NCBI GenBank assembly: GCA_038087875.1
Contig: CM075988.1
Span: forward strand, 13,580,001-13,644,000
Direction of reading: 5' to 3'
Origin: Malacoraja senta
Lineage: Eukaryota
DNA length: 64,000 bases
Shown here: piece by piece, positions 23,360 to 37,200 of the stretch
How positions within the stretch are numbered: the stretch's first letter is position 1
Layout of the letters: the number at the start of each line of letters is the position of its first letter
Program-made: the position numbers and the translations under genes
Notes under the pieces: generated by a model
The model's input: the letters and a program-made list of their open reading frames with translations, nothing else
What the model was told of the DNA's origin: nothing
Databases searched by the model: none

Positions 23360-25033
23360 ACTGTAATATTACTTGTTTGTTATCATCCAAAGAGTCACTG
23401 CTCTATCTCTTATACGTGTAAAGCATTTATTTTCTATCCTTGCAGTTTGTTTTACTCTGCCCAAACCTTTTGCCTAATTTATTTTATATACTTCTGAACT
23501 GAATAAAACCCTGCTAACTGATGTTTTCCTCCAGCTGTTATCTGCAGCTGGATGCAATTAATAATACAATTTCTAGTCGTAGAGGGTGTTACATTTTTCA
23601 TTAACGGTGCAATCTATCAGTGCAAACTTGTAAATCAGTAGTTTTGCATATATCGCAAATTAGACGTATGAATGAATATGGTCCCAAATAGCACAATATG
23701 TGCTGGGCTTCTTTTTGATGTGAATCGATGGGAAAAAGGTAAAGCTGGATGTTTTTTGAAGACTTCATCTTTAATCTGTCTGGCATTCAAGCAGCAGGAA
23801 CTGTTGAAATATCAGACAAACAGAATCAGAGTTTGCATGCTATTGCCGGAAACAAATGATGTAACCCTTAGAAGCAAGCATTTCACCGATGAAGCTAGCA
23901 TTTTGCTATCTGCCACCATGTTGGTCTCACATGTGGATATTTTCTGGAAACCTCCATTTTGAACTGCGGCATTCAAATTTGACATTCATCCTCAGGCACG
24001 AAATGTTTGCAGCAAGTCAAGGCAGTTGTGGTCAAGTAATCAATTAAGTTTAAAAAATGTTAAAACGCACAATATTATCTGCAGCTGATCACGTCTTGCT
24101 AACTTAATTGTGTTTTTTGATAGATTGATGAAGGTGCGGGTAGTGGATTTGGCTACATGAATTTTAGTAAGATTTGATAAAAAATCACTCTTGGTAGGCT
24201 GATCGAGGGAACAATACGTTTGTGATCCATAGTGACTTGGTTGTTTGGACTAAGAACTAGCTTACTCATAGAAGATAAAGGATTGTGCTGGAAGTATATT
24301 GTTCTGGCTGGAGTTCTGTGACCAGTGGTTCTGGTTGGCTGATTGGCGGAAGGAAATGATGGCTTTGCAGAAGATGCAGACAAGGTTTACCAGAATGCTG
24401 TAAGGATTAGAGAGGTTGGAAAAAGTTGGATTGGTTTCCCTGGTCAGAGGTTGATTTCCCTGGTGAGGTCGTAGCTTTACCGTTTGATATCAGGTGCCTC
24501 TGGTGTCACTTAAATGGCCATTCTTCATGCATTGGCTCCAGTAATGAGCAACAGATGGTCACTCGTTTGTGTTTGACATTATTGATGGCCTTTATCCTAT
24601 CTTCAGCTGACAATGTGCATGTAGTACGCTGTGGAACTACCTTCTAACTAATAAAATGGGAAAATTACTTATTTTTGAGTTCTCCTGAAATCCTAGTTCT
24701 TGGACCGAATTTTTGGCCATCGATTTTAATGTCAGATAGAATGATTTTTACTATGTCAAGGGTATTTGTGAAATGAGGTGGGGACCGTAGAAAACCATGG
24801 ATTAAAAACTCTGACACAGATTAGTTTGCTGATGTTGATCTGTGGCAAATACTTATTGCACTGTTATTTTTACAACATTGATCTTTCAATTTTACATTTT
24901 TCATATTATACAATCATATTGTCAGATGTTTACACAGTATTCTTGTATTTCTAAATGCCCTTTAGATTAAAGTAATGATGGTATTTTTAAAGAAAGGATT
25001 AACTGGATAACTTCGCTACTCATGTTTTGGTAA

Positions 25034-25230
25034 GGAGTAGTGTGTAGGAATGATCTGCAGATGCTGGTTTCCACCGAAGATAGACACAAAACGCTGGAGT
25101 AACTCAGCGGGTCAGGCAGCATCTTTGGCAAAAAGGAATAGGTGACATTTTGGGTTGAGACCCTTCTTCAGACACTTTTCTCCAGAGATGCTACCAGATC
25201 CGCTAAATTACATTTTGTGTCTATCTTCAA
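25034..25230. mobile_element. Fold-back PLE-derived short element with decayed hammerhead (minus strand)
   Basis: Inverted arms; TSD GTTTTGGTAA (25024-25033, 25231-25240). Confidence 0.8.
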
Positions 25231-26141
25231 GTTTTGGTAATTGGGTGCAATTTCAACTCGGAGATCCAGATTACTACAAATGGTGAGAACAAAATCACAT
25301 CAGACAGTAGGTCATCTCTCAATGCTTGTTCAATGGTCATATGACTGTCCATTAAAATTATAATGGGTGACCATATCATCATAACCAAAATACATTATAA
25401 CCACAGGGAATGGTTAGCATGCAACAAAATGCTTTTCACTGTACACATGACAATGAACTAAACTAAAAAAATAATAATATGGGGCAAAAATCTCTACAAA
25501 CAATAAGCTTTGTTTTTATACTTTAGAAATGTATTAATTTTATTTCAGACAAGAATGTGCAATATTTTGTCAATTTTCAATGGTTTAGATGAATCAGAAT
25601 TGTCGTAAATTATTAGTTTGCATTTGATAACATGCATGCAGAGGAGATTAGTTCAACCTGGCAGAATATTTGGCACAGACATTGTGGGCCAAAGGGCCTG
25701 TTCCTGCGCTGTACTGTGCTATGTTCTATATTCTTTTGAATGTTTCTTAGTCTTAATCATGGAACATGTGTGATAATTACTTTGTAAACAAAAATACAAA
25801 CACATAGAATTCAAAGTAACCTACTAATTTGGCAGGGATTAACTGGGAGGTAGAAAGCAAAGGGCAGGGATTATTAGTATGTATTCAGATAGGCAGGATA
25901 TGAAAATAACTGTGCCCTGGGGTTTTGTACAGTACCCTCAGGCATCTTGCTGTATTTTTGAATGAGTTACACAGAAGAATCAAGTTAAATGTCTTTGAGA
26001 CGTCACCTATTCCTTTTCTCCAGAGATGCTGCCTGACTCGCTGAGTTACTCCAACATTTTGTGTCTATCTTTGGTGTAACCCAGCATCTGCAGTTCCTTC
26101 CTACACAGTACAGGTTGAGAAATGGATGCCTCTGAGACTTT

Positions 26142-26477
26142 GGTTGACACGGTGGCGCAGCAGTAGAGTTGCTGCCTTACAGCGCTTGCAGCGCCAGAGA
26201 CTCGGTTTCGATCCCGACTACAGGTGTTGTCTGTACGATTTTTGTACGTTCTCAGCATGACCACATGGGATTTCTCCAAGATTTCGGTTTCCCCCCACAC
26301 TCCAAAGACATACAGGTTTGTAGATTAACTGGCTTGGGTTTGTATGTTTGGTATAAATGTAAATTGTCCCTAGTGTGTGTAGGCTTGTGCTAATGTGTGG
26401 GGATCGCTGGTCGGTGCGGACTTGGTGGGCTGAAGGGCCTGTTTCTGCATCGTATCTCTAAACTAAACTAAACTAAA
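26142..26477 (+). mobile_element. HE1-type SINE, full length
   Basis: A/B boxes, V-domain, (TAAAC)n tail. Confidence 0.88.
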
Positions 26478-27344
26478 TTACTATGGAAAAGAGCGGGGAC
26501 AAAGAAGTTGGAAAGGTACAACAAATAAGTGGGAAAAGCTGTATCAGGTAGGATTTAATGCAGGAAAGAATAGCTATAAAAAAAATCTAGAATAGTTTCT
26601 TCAAAGTGATGAAAAGCCAGGAGGAACGACAGAGATATGCCTGGGATAACACAAAGCAAGACTTGTGTCTGGGTTATTTTTAAGCAATAGGAATTTACTG
26701 TATCTCAAGCTTCCACAGGTCTTCATATCAGTTCTTATTTTAAGTTCAAATATGAAACACATTTCTCTTGCGGTTATAATACAATTGTATACTTACAATA
26801 GAAAGTCTATTATTTAAATCCATGAATGATAAATATCGATGGGTCTCAGAAGAATTCTTCTGCAGACATTTTCCTCAATCCTCGAACAGTTTTTCACCCA
26901 GGGAGCCTGCTAATTTACCTTATCTTCCTCCTGTAAAGATCCCAATAGCTTTGACTGAAATTTCAGCATAATGGATGCATTAAGTCTTTTAAATGACCAT
27001 TTATTGTTTTTTTGTGATTTGCTAGCATTTTTTGTTTGAATCAATATTTATTGATTGTCATGTATTTTTAGTTTGACATCACATTTTCAAAATTATGTAG
27101 CTTTCAAGGCTCTTTTTAAACAAAAATGCAGTTTGAATTTCACTCATAGCATTAATGATGCCTTTAAACGTGAGGAGTGCTGTTCATTTGCAGCCTGCAA
27201 ATAAATACCATCATCCATGAATTAAACAATGTCATCCACTTCTATGGACTAGTATGAGATGCTATATTTTCAAATCAATTCTGGTTTTGACCAGAAATCA
27301 ATTTTAGAACTCATATATTCCTGAACTGCTGGAGTGAGTACACA

Positions 27345-27892
27345 CCAGCAGAGAATCGCAGGTATCGCACCCGCCAAGCTTCACAAAGAGTACTTCACCC
27401 ACAGGCTGGTGTGCAAGGCCATCGGATGCCAAACATCCTATGCACCACCTAGCCCAGGACTCACAGCAACTGGGACCTCAACGCTTATCATCTCATCGCC
27501 CCTTCTCCCATCAAGCAGTGACCCCCTGTTGCTCCGATTTCAACACACTAGGAGCATGGAGAACCAGCTGGGAACAGACTTTGCGACCTCCTCAATTCAC
27601 TGTTGCACCGAACACCACAGCCCCACCCGGCTCGGACCTGACCCGAAAAGTATGGGTTGCCCTGAACCGGCTCCGTACAGGGGTCGGCCAGTTCAACGCC
27701 AACATGCATCACTGGGGGCTGCGTTCATCAGCAGCCTGCATGTGTGGAGCAGACCAGCAAACAGCATAGCATGTCATTTTTGACTGCACTGTCATCCGCC
27801 CCCTGGTGGAGGGGTAGACCTCACGGCCCTCGACAACAGCACATTGAACTGGCTACAGCGCCATAACCTCTGCTGCCTCAAACGCAAGAAGA
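27345..27892 (+). mobile_element. 5'-truncated Vingi-type LINE 3' end
   Basis: AGIAP..., PPGSDLTRKVWVALNRLRTGVG...WG....CMCG..QT.*HVIFDC; CGCAAGAAG tail; candidate TSD AGTACACA. Confidence 0.75.
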
Positions 27893-28329
27893 AGTACACA
27901 GAACAACTAGGAACATTCAGATAGATTTTTAACACAATCATCTTCAAAGAAAGTCACTGCTGAATGGATGAAAAGATTCAAGGATGTTGAAAACTAAACA
28001 TTACAACTCATTCCCGAGAGTTTCATGGCTCATGTGTACATAAAATGGAAATGGAGCATTTGTGGTAGTATTGAGCACCTCAGAGCCATGCATCAGGAAC
28101 CCACAAATGGCTGTGAAATGGGTGGAATGAGAAGACTAGCTCACAAACTTCTCTTTGCCTGCACCTCTTGATCCTTTCTGTGGAAGAGTCTATGGTTCCC
28201 ACACTGTCTTCATCAACTATTTCCACACCTACCAAACCAAAGTGTTGTTGATTCGGAAGAACTGCCTCAGAAAAAGACTAAAACATGATTTTTTTTTCTT
28301 TGTATAAACATTTGACCTATTAATCCATT

Positions 28330-28678
28330 ACACTATGAGAGGAATAGATAGGGTGGACAGTCAGAACCATTTTCCCAGGGTGGAAATGTCCAACACTAGC
28401 GGGCATAGCTATGAGAGGGGGCAAGTTTAATGCAGATGTATGAGGCAGGTATTTTACACAGAGAGTAGTGGGGAGCCTGGAACACATAGCCAGGGGTGGT
28501 GGTGGAGGCAGAAACGATTAGGAGGCTTTTAGTTGACACGTGAAAGAGCTGGGAATAGAGGGATATGGATCATGTACAGGCAGATGAGATCAGTTTAACT
28601 TGGCATCATGTTCAGCACAAACATTGTTGGCCGACAGGCATATTACTGTACTTTACCTTTTCTATGTTTTATGTTCTA
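28330..28678 (+). mobile_element. Degenerate CR1 3' end
   Basis: Similar to other CR1 3' regions in the window. Confidence 0.6.
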
Positions 28679-28744
28679 ATAAGCCAGGTGTGGTCACCAA
28701 CCTTTTGTTATCCATCCACGTCCTGTGAGGTTTTTCACTGCATC

Positions 28745-30100
28745 TTCAGATTCAGATTCAGATTCAGATTCAGATTCAGATCAGATTCAGATCAGATTCA
28801 GATTCAGATTCAGATTCAGATTCAACTTTATTGTCATTGTGCAGTGTACAGTACAGAGACAACGAAATGCAGTTAGCATCTCCCAAGAGCGACATAAATA
28901 TGAGCAGTAAATAAATAAATCTAATAAATCCTGGTGGGAGGAGTGTCCGGGGGGGGGGGGGGGGGGGTGTGATTGGCAGTCACCGAGGTACAGTGTTGAG
29001 TAGTGTAACCGCCGCAGGGAAGAAGCTGTTCCTGGACCTGCTGGTCCGGCAACGGAGAGACCTGTAGCGCCTCCCGGATGGTAGGAGGGTAAACAGTCTG
29101 TGGTTGGGGTGAGAGCAGTCCTTGGCGATGCTGAGCGCCCTTCGCAGACAACGCTTGCTTTGGACAGACTCAATGGTGGGGAGTGAGGAACCGGTGATGC
29201 GTTGGGCAATTTTCACCACCCTCTGCAGTGCTTTCCGGTCGGAGACAGAGCAGTTGCCATACCATACTGTGATGCAGTTGGTAAGGATGCTCTCGATGGT
29301 GCAGCGGTAGAAGTTCACCAGAATCCGAGGAGACAGATGGACCTTCTTTAGTCTCCTCAGGAAGAAGAGACGCTGGTGAGCCTTCTTGACCAGAGTTGAG
29401 GTATTGTTGGTCCAAGAGAGGTCATCGGAGATGTTGACCCCCAGGAACCTGAAGCTGGAAACACGTTCCACCTCCCTCCCGTTAATGTGGATGGGGGTGT
29501 GCATGCCGCCCCTAGACTTCCTGAAGTCTACAATGAGCTCCTTGGTCTTCTTGGAGTTAAGGGCCAGGTTGTTGTCAGCGCACCATGCTGCCAGGAGCTG
29601 GACCTCCTCCCTATAGGCCGACTCATCGTTGTTGCTGATGAGGCCAATCACCGTTGTATCATCTGCATACTTGATGATGGTGTTAGTACCATGTACAGGT
29701 GTGCAGTCGTAGGTGAAGAGGGAGTAGAGGAGGGGGCTCAGCACACAGCCCTGTGGAACGCCGGTGTTCAGGGTGAGGGTTGAAGAGGTGTGCTTGTCTA
29801 ACCTAACAGACTGGGGTCTGTTGGTTAGAAAGTCCAGTATCCAGTTGCAGAGGGAGGGGTCGATGCCCAGGTCACCGAGTTTGGTGATCAGTTTAGAGGG
29901 TATGATGGTGTTGAATGCTGAGCTGTAATCGATGAACAGCATTCTTACGTAAGTGTCTCTGTTGTCGAGGTGGGAGAGGGCGGAGTGAAGTGCCGTTGAG
30001 ATGGCATCCTCCGTACTCCTGTTCTTGCGGTAGGCAAACTGATAGGGATCCAACGTGGGGGGTAGGCAGCCTTTGAGGTGTGCCAGGACCAGCCTCTCGA
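28745..30100 (-). mobile_element. 5'-truncated Rex1 LINE with expanded (TCTGAA)n tail (28745-28824)
   Basis: RT ORF, 3' UTR, AATAAA and hexamer tail. Confidence 0.92.
28980..30053 (-). CDS. Rex1 reverse transcriptase ORF, truncated
   Basis: [42 protein letters not shown]...NSFFP; no internal stops. Confidence 0.9.
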   Translation of the reverse strand: MDPYQFAYRKNRSTEDAISTALHSALSHLDNRDTYVRMLFIDYSSAFNTIIPSKLITKLGDLGIDPSLCNWILDFLTNRPQSVRLDKHTSSTLTLNTGVPQGCVLSPLLYSLFTYDCTPVHGTNTIIKYADDTTVIGLISNNDESAYREEVQLLAAWCADNNLALNSKKTKELIVDFRKSRGGMHTPIHINGREVERVSSFRFLGVNISDDLSWTNNTSTLVKKAHQRLFFLRRLKKVHLSPRILVNFYRCTIESILTNCITVWYGNCSVSDRKALQRVVKIAQRITGSSLPTIESVQSKRCLRRALSIAKDCSHPNHRLFTLLPSGRRYRSLRCRTSRSRNSFFPAAVTLLNTVPR

Positions 30101-33100
30101 GTCAACCATCAGAAGTGGGTAGTGTTCTTCATAGACAAGTGATTGGCTACTTTATCACCCTTCCAAGTTACAGCATCATTTTCTAACAGCACAGATCCCT
30201 CTCCAGAGATTTAGAACCCTTAAATTATTTGTCAAATGGGTAAATAAATCAAAGTAAAGTGGAGGGGGGGGGGGGGGGGATGTTTGAATTAGAGAAATAA
30301 TGAAAATTTTAAAAATCCATTAAAAAGCTCCATAGATGTTGAAGATTTAATCAATTAATTAAAATGTTGATTTTCAGCCTACTGTTTTGTTGCAATTAAT
30401 TAAAACGTTATCTTTAATAGGATGCTTATTGTACAATAGAGAATTTGCAGCTTTTTCAGATGAGATTGGCTCCTGTCTGATGTCAAACTGGTTGAAGAAG
30501 AGCCCCGACCCAAAATGTCACCTACCCATGATGTCCAGAAATGTTGCCTGACCCACTGAGTTATACCAGCACTTTGTGTCCTATTGATCTCAACCATTTG
30601 ATGTGTGTTCCTGTATGATATACCATGCTCTTAGTTTCTGATGAAGAAGGATATTAGATACCACCACCATGTAGTGACTGCTCCATTTTGGGGCTTTTTC
30701 TGCAGCAGAAATTAGACAGTAATTTGAATGGAAACCACAATAATTTGCCATAAGTAGAGACTTTACATTATGTATGCTAGAAATGGTAATAGATTATTCC
30801 AAGTAGAAACAAGCTTAATATAATGTTTTTCACATTGTTACTTGTGATTGATAATTTTGATTTACTTTTAATGATTTTTTTTCTATTATGGATATGGATA
30901 AGATTGGTTATGAGTGATTCTGCTTTCATTTTATATTAGCTGAAGCAAACCTTTTTATGCTTGACAATAGATTACAAGATAACCTCTTTGTGCACCAAAA
31001 TAAATGATTGATCCTTTATGAAAAAATAATACGAATGGTGCACTTGACATACAGGGAAGGTAGTCTGGATTAATGGGCTTCACTCCAGAGGGGATTAAGC
31101 TATGTTTATCCCCTTTCTAGGTTGCCACTGGAGACTTGTGTATGGCAACCAGCATAACATGCAGAAAATAGCTTTCAACCAGTAAGTGATGAATGTGCAA
31201 ACCACAGAAACTCAGTTAATGCAACCCTCCCTTTGTGGCCAGGCATAATTATATTTTTGTTAACTGTAATAAAACTGCATTGTATGAAATTGCCAAGGAC
31301 TAAATGAAATGATGTATTTGTTAGACTGCTGAAGATTAGGGTCTACAGTTTGCATCAACAGAAACACCGTGCAACCAACAAAATATATCTCTCAGTGTAA
31401 TTTACCGGGAACATCTGGCACTCCTTCTGTTAAACAGAATACATTACCATCATTAACCAGACTTGCATCAAGTTACAATCCTCATCTGTACTTTTGCTAC
31501 AAAACTTTCACACTTCTTCTCACCTATGCAGTGCTTCTCTTGGGTCAAAGTAAAGGTTCCAATGGCACAATTTCAACTAAGAGGGTGAGAACTACCTTCA
31601 ATGTTCTGTGAGATAATATTTGATCCTCAATCACTTAAATAACTTTTCCACAGTTTTCCTTGTTGAAATGGTTGTGCTACATTCGCAACAAAAACCCCTT
31701 GAAAAAGTATTTTATTGGTTGCATGCAATTTGGAATATCCTGAGCTCACAAAAAGTGCTATCAAAAATGCAGGTGTGTCTTTTTTCTTCAAATGATAGCA
31801 AAAATAAACGCATTAAGCACACAATGGACATCTTCCACTATCACTACCTGAATATCACAAAATACTGTGAATATATTTATATTTGAAGCAGGATTGCGAA
31901 GATTGGTAACCTTAACTAGGTTTTAACTGGAGGTAAATGTGATTGTAAATTGCAGGATGAAAAGTGTGATCATATTATGCATGTATGAATGCATGCATGC
32001 ATGTATCTATATTACATTACAAATGGGAACTTATGCTTGGAAATATTTTCAAGGCTGGAGAAAAACCCTTGGGGTTTGGTTCAAACTCATGATGTTCTTT
32101 GAGTTAACCTTGAATGTGCTCCACACTATCAATTATTCTCTATGTGGCACATCAGGAGGTTCAGAAACAAGCATAAATCACAAGAAGAAAACAGAAATAA
32201 ATGTATTAACACTTGCTGAACCCTTCCTACTCTGCCTCAGGATACCACACTGTTAAACATTTTCATTCACCTGAAAATAGCAGTTTGTTAAACGTCGTGT
32301 GTGTGAACCATTCTGGCGACCACTCAGTGAATTATGAATTCTGGTTTTGCCCATGTATTTTTTAAATTGCAGAAAAAAACAAGAGTTAAATCACAAATCA
32401 TTTTAAACTGTACAATGTGTGGAGAAGGTTATTGTTTGTAGATATGATATAATTGTTAGGCAATTATGTAAGGCAGACTGGATAGCACCAAAAGCTTTTC
32501 ACTGTACCTCGGTACACCTGACAATAAACTGAATTGAACTTATTCATTATGTAAAGGTTGTACCATGGATCTGTGCAAGTATTAGTCAGGTGCTGGATAG
32601 CAGTGTATCACCTTTCTCACCATCCCATTCTTGGTGAGACTGTTCACCGGGTGCAGTAAAGCAACAAATTTATCTGAATAATATGCAGGTCCTCACCAGG
32701 TTACGACAGAGTTCTGTTCCTGAGAACTATCGCAAACAGTTCGCAAGTCAGAAATGTGGCTTCCTGGCAATACATTTAAATAAAAATATAGGCTAACCAA
32801 GGGCAGCGGGTAGTTAAGCCAGGCCATTTAGTTCAACCATTTCAATATGGCCATAAGCCAAATTTCCACACAGCAGAAGATACCCACAGTCCCACAGCAG
32901 CTGGCAAACCCATCCTGTTGGGTCTCTCAAACGCTCATTCCCATGAATGGGAAGTCAGACATTGGTAACCTGGAGATGAACTGTACCAGAAAACTAAGTT
33001 TGGGAAAAGCATTGATATCACCATCTGGACTTGCAGACTGAGAGTTTTCTGGTCAGCTGCATTTAACACTTCTTGGATACCACTTTGGCCAGCATCAACT

Positions 33101-35828
33101 GCTTTGCACAGGATGTTATGAGCTGCCCTATTTCCCACTATGTGCTTGCATTTGACAGTCATCTACAGGTATTCCCTGTGTGAGTTAAGAGCCAGTTGAG
33201 TCATTAAAACCGCCTCTCTGTTGACACAAAATATAAGTCTGCTAACTGGATTAAAATGGGGTTAATGTGGATTTTAATTGCTGTTCTCAAGGTCCCAATC
33301 CACAGCCTATATGTTTACAATGCACATGGGTCTTTAGTGGAAACTACTGTGTAAATTTAAAGAGAAACAGCTCATGTTTCAGGTCTGGGATCTCCCATTA
33401 GAACTGAGAAAGAGAGAAACAAGTCAGTCCAAGTTGTAGAGAGGGCAGGGGAGTGTGTAATAATAGTCAGAGATCATCTCAGCATGGAAACTGGCCATTC
33501 AGCACCAATCATCCAAGCTGACCAAGATTCCTATCTAACCTAGTCCAATTCTCCTGCGTTAGGCCCATATCCATCTCAACCTTTTCTATCCATACCCTGC
33601 CCAAGTATCATTTAAATGTTGTATTTTGTACTTGCCTCAACCACTTTCTTTGACAAAAGGTGGAGTAAATATATCCCTCCATCAGAGAAATTCCCTTTAC
33701 TCCACGCATTGGCCTCACCCAACTGGTCTGCTCCCTAAACTAGTTTGTTGCTCTTTCTCCATTCTGGTGAAGGGTCCCAGATCCTTTCCACAGATCCAGC
33801 TGAGATTTTGCACCCTGTTCTGTTATCATTTAAAAATTTTATTGTATAAATTAAAATCTATGAAAATATGCTTCTGCAGTGAGTAAAGCTGGCATGGCCA
33901 AAGACACCTATATCCTATTAATGATTTTTTTTGAAAAAGATAACTAATAAGTATATACATCTGCGGTTAATTCAGGGTAACTTGCTTCCTGCCTTGCACT
34001 TAGTACAGTGTTGTGAATATAACCATGGAATTTCTTCCCGGGTACTCTTGCCAATATATTCAGGATCTTCCAGTCTCAAGTACAAGTGCAAAAAGCAAAG
34101 TTCACTGCGGTTGACAATTGTAAAGCTATCTCAGTAGTCGGGGTAGCCTGAATGAGCAGGCATTCAGATTGACCTCTCTGGATGGGTGTTGCAAACCATG
34201 ACCTATACAGAAAGCAAGAGCTTGAAGTACTGGGGGCATTCATCCATCAACAGCCAATTGGGATACAACCACAGAAAGAGGTTCATGCAGGTTGGTGCCA
34301 GATTCACTAAGCATTAAGCAGTTAATGAAGCATATGGGATCCTGAGATTCATAAACAGATGTGTTAGAGGACAAAAGCTACTGAATAGCTAAAATAAAAT
34401 GCAGGTTAGGCACAGAGCATTGCATTCAATTCTAGTCGTGTAATTTCAGTGCATGTGCTAGGTTTCTGGAGAGGGAATAGAAAGCATTTGTGACATGGAA
34501 TGAGGGATGAGATATTTCAAGCTGTGAAATTACATTAGAGAAACTATGGTTGTTCTTAGAACAAATAATTGTTTAGAGGAGATGCACGAGAGGTTTACAG
34601 CATTGTGACCACAACATAAACAAAATGAAGTTGTTCCCATACTATTCAATACTATGAGCACTGGATTAGCATTGGGGCAAAAGATGTAAGGAACATTTTT
34701 GGGAGAGAAACATTTTTATGCAGAGTAGAGCTGTTCTCTTGAATTCGGTGCTTTTAATGGTGGTGGCAATTCAATGGATCAAGGTTTTCAAGGGGGAATT
34801 AGAGAGGCAATTGAGTGAAAGTAACAGGTGCGTGAGACTGCGATTGCTTTACTTGGAACCAACATCAAATTGTTGGGCTGAATGATCTTCTGGGGTCTAA
34901 CTATTCCATGAGCTCTGCTTCAAAATGGTATTATGAAATTTGTGAAGATCCTCCTGAGTGTGAGAGAGGCTTGTTGAGTATCTGTTATTGTGCAGAATGG
35001 TACTATCTAAATGATAAAAGCAGCAGAAGTCTGAAGTGCAGAAGGACTTGACTGCCTTAGTGCACGATGCACACAAGGCTGGCATATACAACAGTAATGA
35101 AAATAGGAAAGATAGCAGATTGGAGCGTTCTATTTGTTCAGTGGAGTGAATGGCAGGTGTAGTCAATGAAGAATCTTCGCTCATTAACAGAGCTTTCCAG
35201 ACACTTGCATAGTTCTTCAAAGTTTGAGCTAATTCATATTTGTTACAAATTAGCAGGAGGAAGAGGGAGAAGAAGTAGGGAATGGGCATGCACCACTAGA
35301 CTAAACATCAAAAGAGAAGTGATATATTCTTCATTGCACTTGCAGGACCAGTGTCCTGTGTACAGGGCACCCATTCCCCTGCACTAAACAGTCCTGTAAT
35401 TACTCATTCACCCTTTGTTAATCCACCTATTAAGGCACATGATATAATTAACAGTCATCGTTAAATGCGTGAAACATGAGTAGATAATCAGAGAGTAATA
35501 ATGAGCAAGATGTGGAACTGATGCTCATCAGTCAGCTTTAAAAGCCAGTATTAAAAAACATAGCACCGGATTTTGCCAAGTGCTACCTGCATCTCTCTGG
35601 GGATTTCTTGACATTTTGTTTCCTAATGGTCTAACTGGAGATTTCATGAGGTTTTGACAGAGGTAAGAACAGTGCCTGAATATTAGGACTTTGTATGGTG
35701 ATTGTAATGATTGTGAGCCATTACTGAATAATATTCCTTGCATAAGGTTTCTGGGATTTCCACAAATACACCTGGAGTAAATTGCAGATGCTGGAAATGT
35801 TCAGTTTTGCAGATATTTGAAATGTTCT

Positions 35829-36135
35829 GTTTAGAGATACAGTGCGGAAACAGGTCCTTTGGCCCACCCGGTCTGAGGCAACCAGCGGTTCCTGTATATT
35901 AACACTATCCTACACACACTAGGGACAATTTTTACATTTATCAAGCCAATTTACCTTTTCTACCTGTACGTCTTTGGAGTGTGGTAGGAAACCGAAGAAC
36001 TTGGAGAAAACCCACACGGTCACGGGGAGGACTTACATTGTCCGTACTGACAGCTACCGTCGGGATCGAACCCGGGTCTCCGGCGCTGCAAGTGCTGTAA
36101 GGCAGCAACTCTGCCGCTGCGCCACCATGTTGCCC
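35829..36135 (-). mobile_element. HE1-type SINE
   Basis: Reverse complement of the 26142 copy. Confidence 0.85.
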
Positions 36136-36299
36136 TTAAAATTCAATTTATTATATGACTTTGGGAGCTCTTTTGTTTTTTGGATCTTGGTGGTCTGGAC
36201 CCTGTATACAAGCAAAGAGTCACCTGGAACAAAGGCAAGGCAGTGGGGGAGAAGTGATGGCATCGTGTGAAGAGAAGACAATTCCATGGCCACTTTCCA

Positions 36300-37200
36300 C
36301 ATTGTTATTTGGAGTATTGTGTGCAGTTTTGGTCACCTCATTTGCGGAAGGATGTGATGGATTTGAAGAAGGTGCAGAATAGGTTCGCCAGGATGTTATC
36401 TGAATCAGACAGTATTAGCTATAAGGAGAGGTTGGACAAACCTGCATTTATTTTTCGGGACTAGACTATTAACTGATTAGTTTGGTCGGTGCAGACATTG
36501 CGGGCCAAAGCAGTTGATCTTGTGCTTTACTGATCCATGTTCTATGTCCGCAGCTATTGATCTACTAGAGAGAGATCAGTGAAAAATTACAAAGCCAAGG
36601 ATAAGAAATTTGCAATGAGTTTAAGGTGACAAACAAGTTGGCATCTAAAGCATTTATACCGATGGCCTGCATAAGCATTAGGGAACGGAAGTAACAGCTC
36701 CCGTTCTGGATTGGAGCACTCCAGCTATAGGGATCGACTCGATAGGATGGGTTTGTTTTCCCTGAGGCTGAGGGCTGACCTCGTGGAGATGTACAGAGTT
36801 AAGAGGGAGATGAAAAGTACATAGTTTTTAAAAATTTGCTATGTTTTGAGTATCTAAAACAAGAGGGCACAAATTTAAGGTGAGAGGTAGGAGGTTTAGA
36901 AGGGATTTGTAGAGGAATTTTTCAGAGTGATTTGAGTTTGGAACAGTGCTAGAGGCATTTTTTAAATATGTGGACAAGCACTTAAAGGCAAATCTGTGCT
37001 CAAATGGGAGTAAAATAGATAAGTACAATTTGCACACAAGGAACTACAGGTGCTGAGAAGGGTCCCAATCAAAAACGTTGCCTGTCCATTTCCTCCGTAG
37101 ATGCTGTCGAACACTACTGAGATACTCCAATACTTTGTGTTTTAGTACAATGGTCAGCATGGACACAGTGGGCTGATGGGTCTGATTCTGTGCTGTCTGA
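36300..37200 (+). mobile_element. Cluster of degenerate CR1 fragments
   Basis: YLEYCVQFWSPHLRKD...SYKERLDK and 3' end remnants. Confidence 0.65.

Noticed and set aside
32685..33190. Possible Tigger/mariner MITE termini
   Set aside because: No matching inverted partner terminus or TSD found
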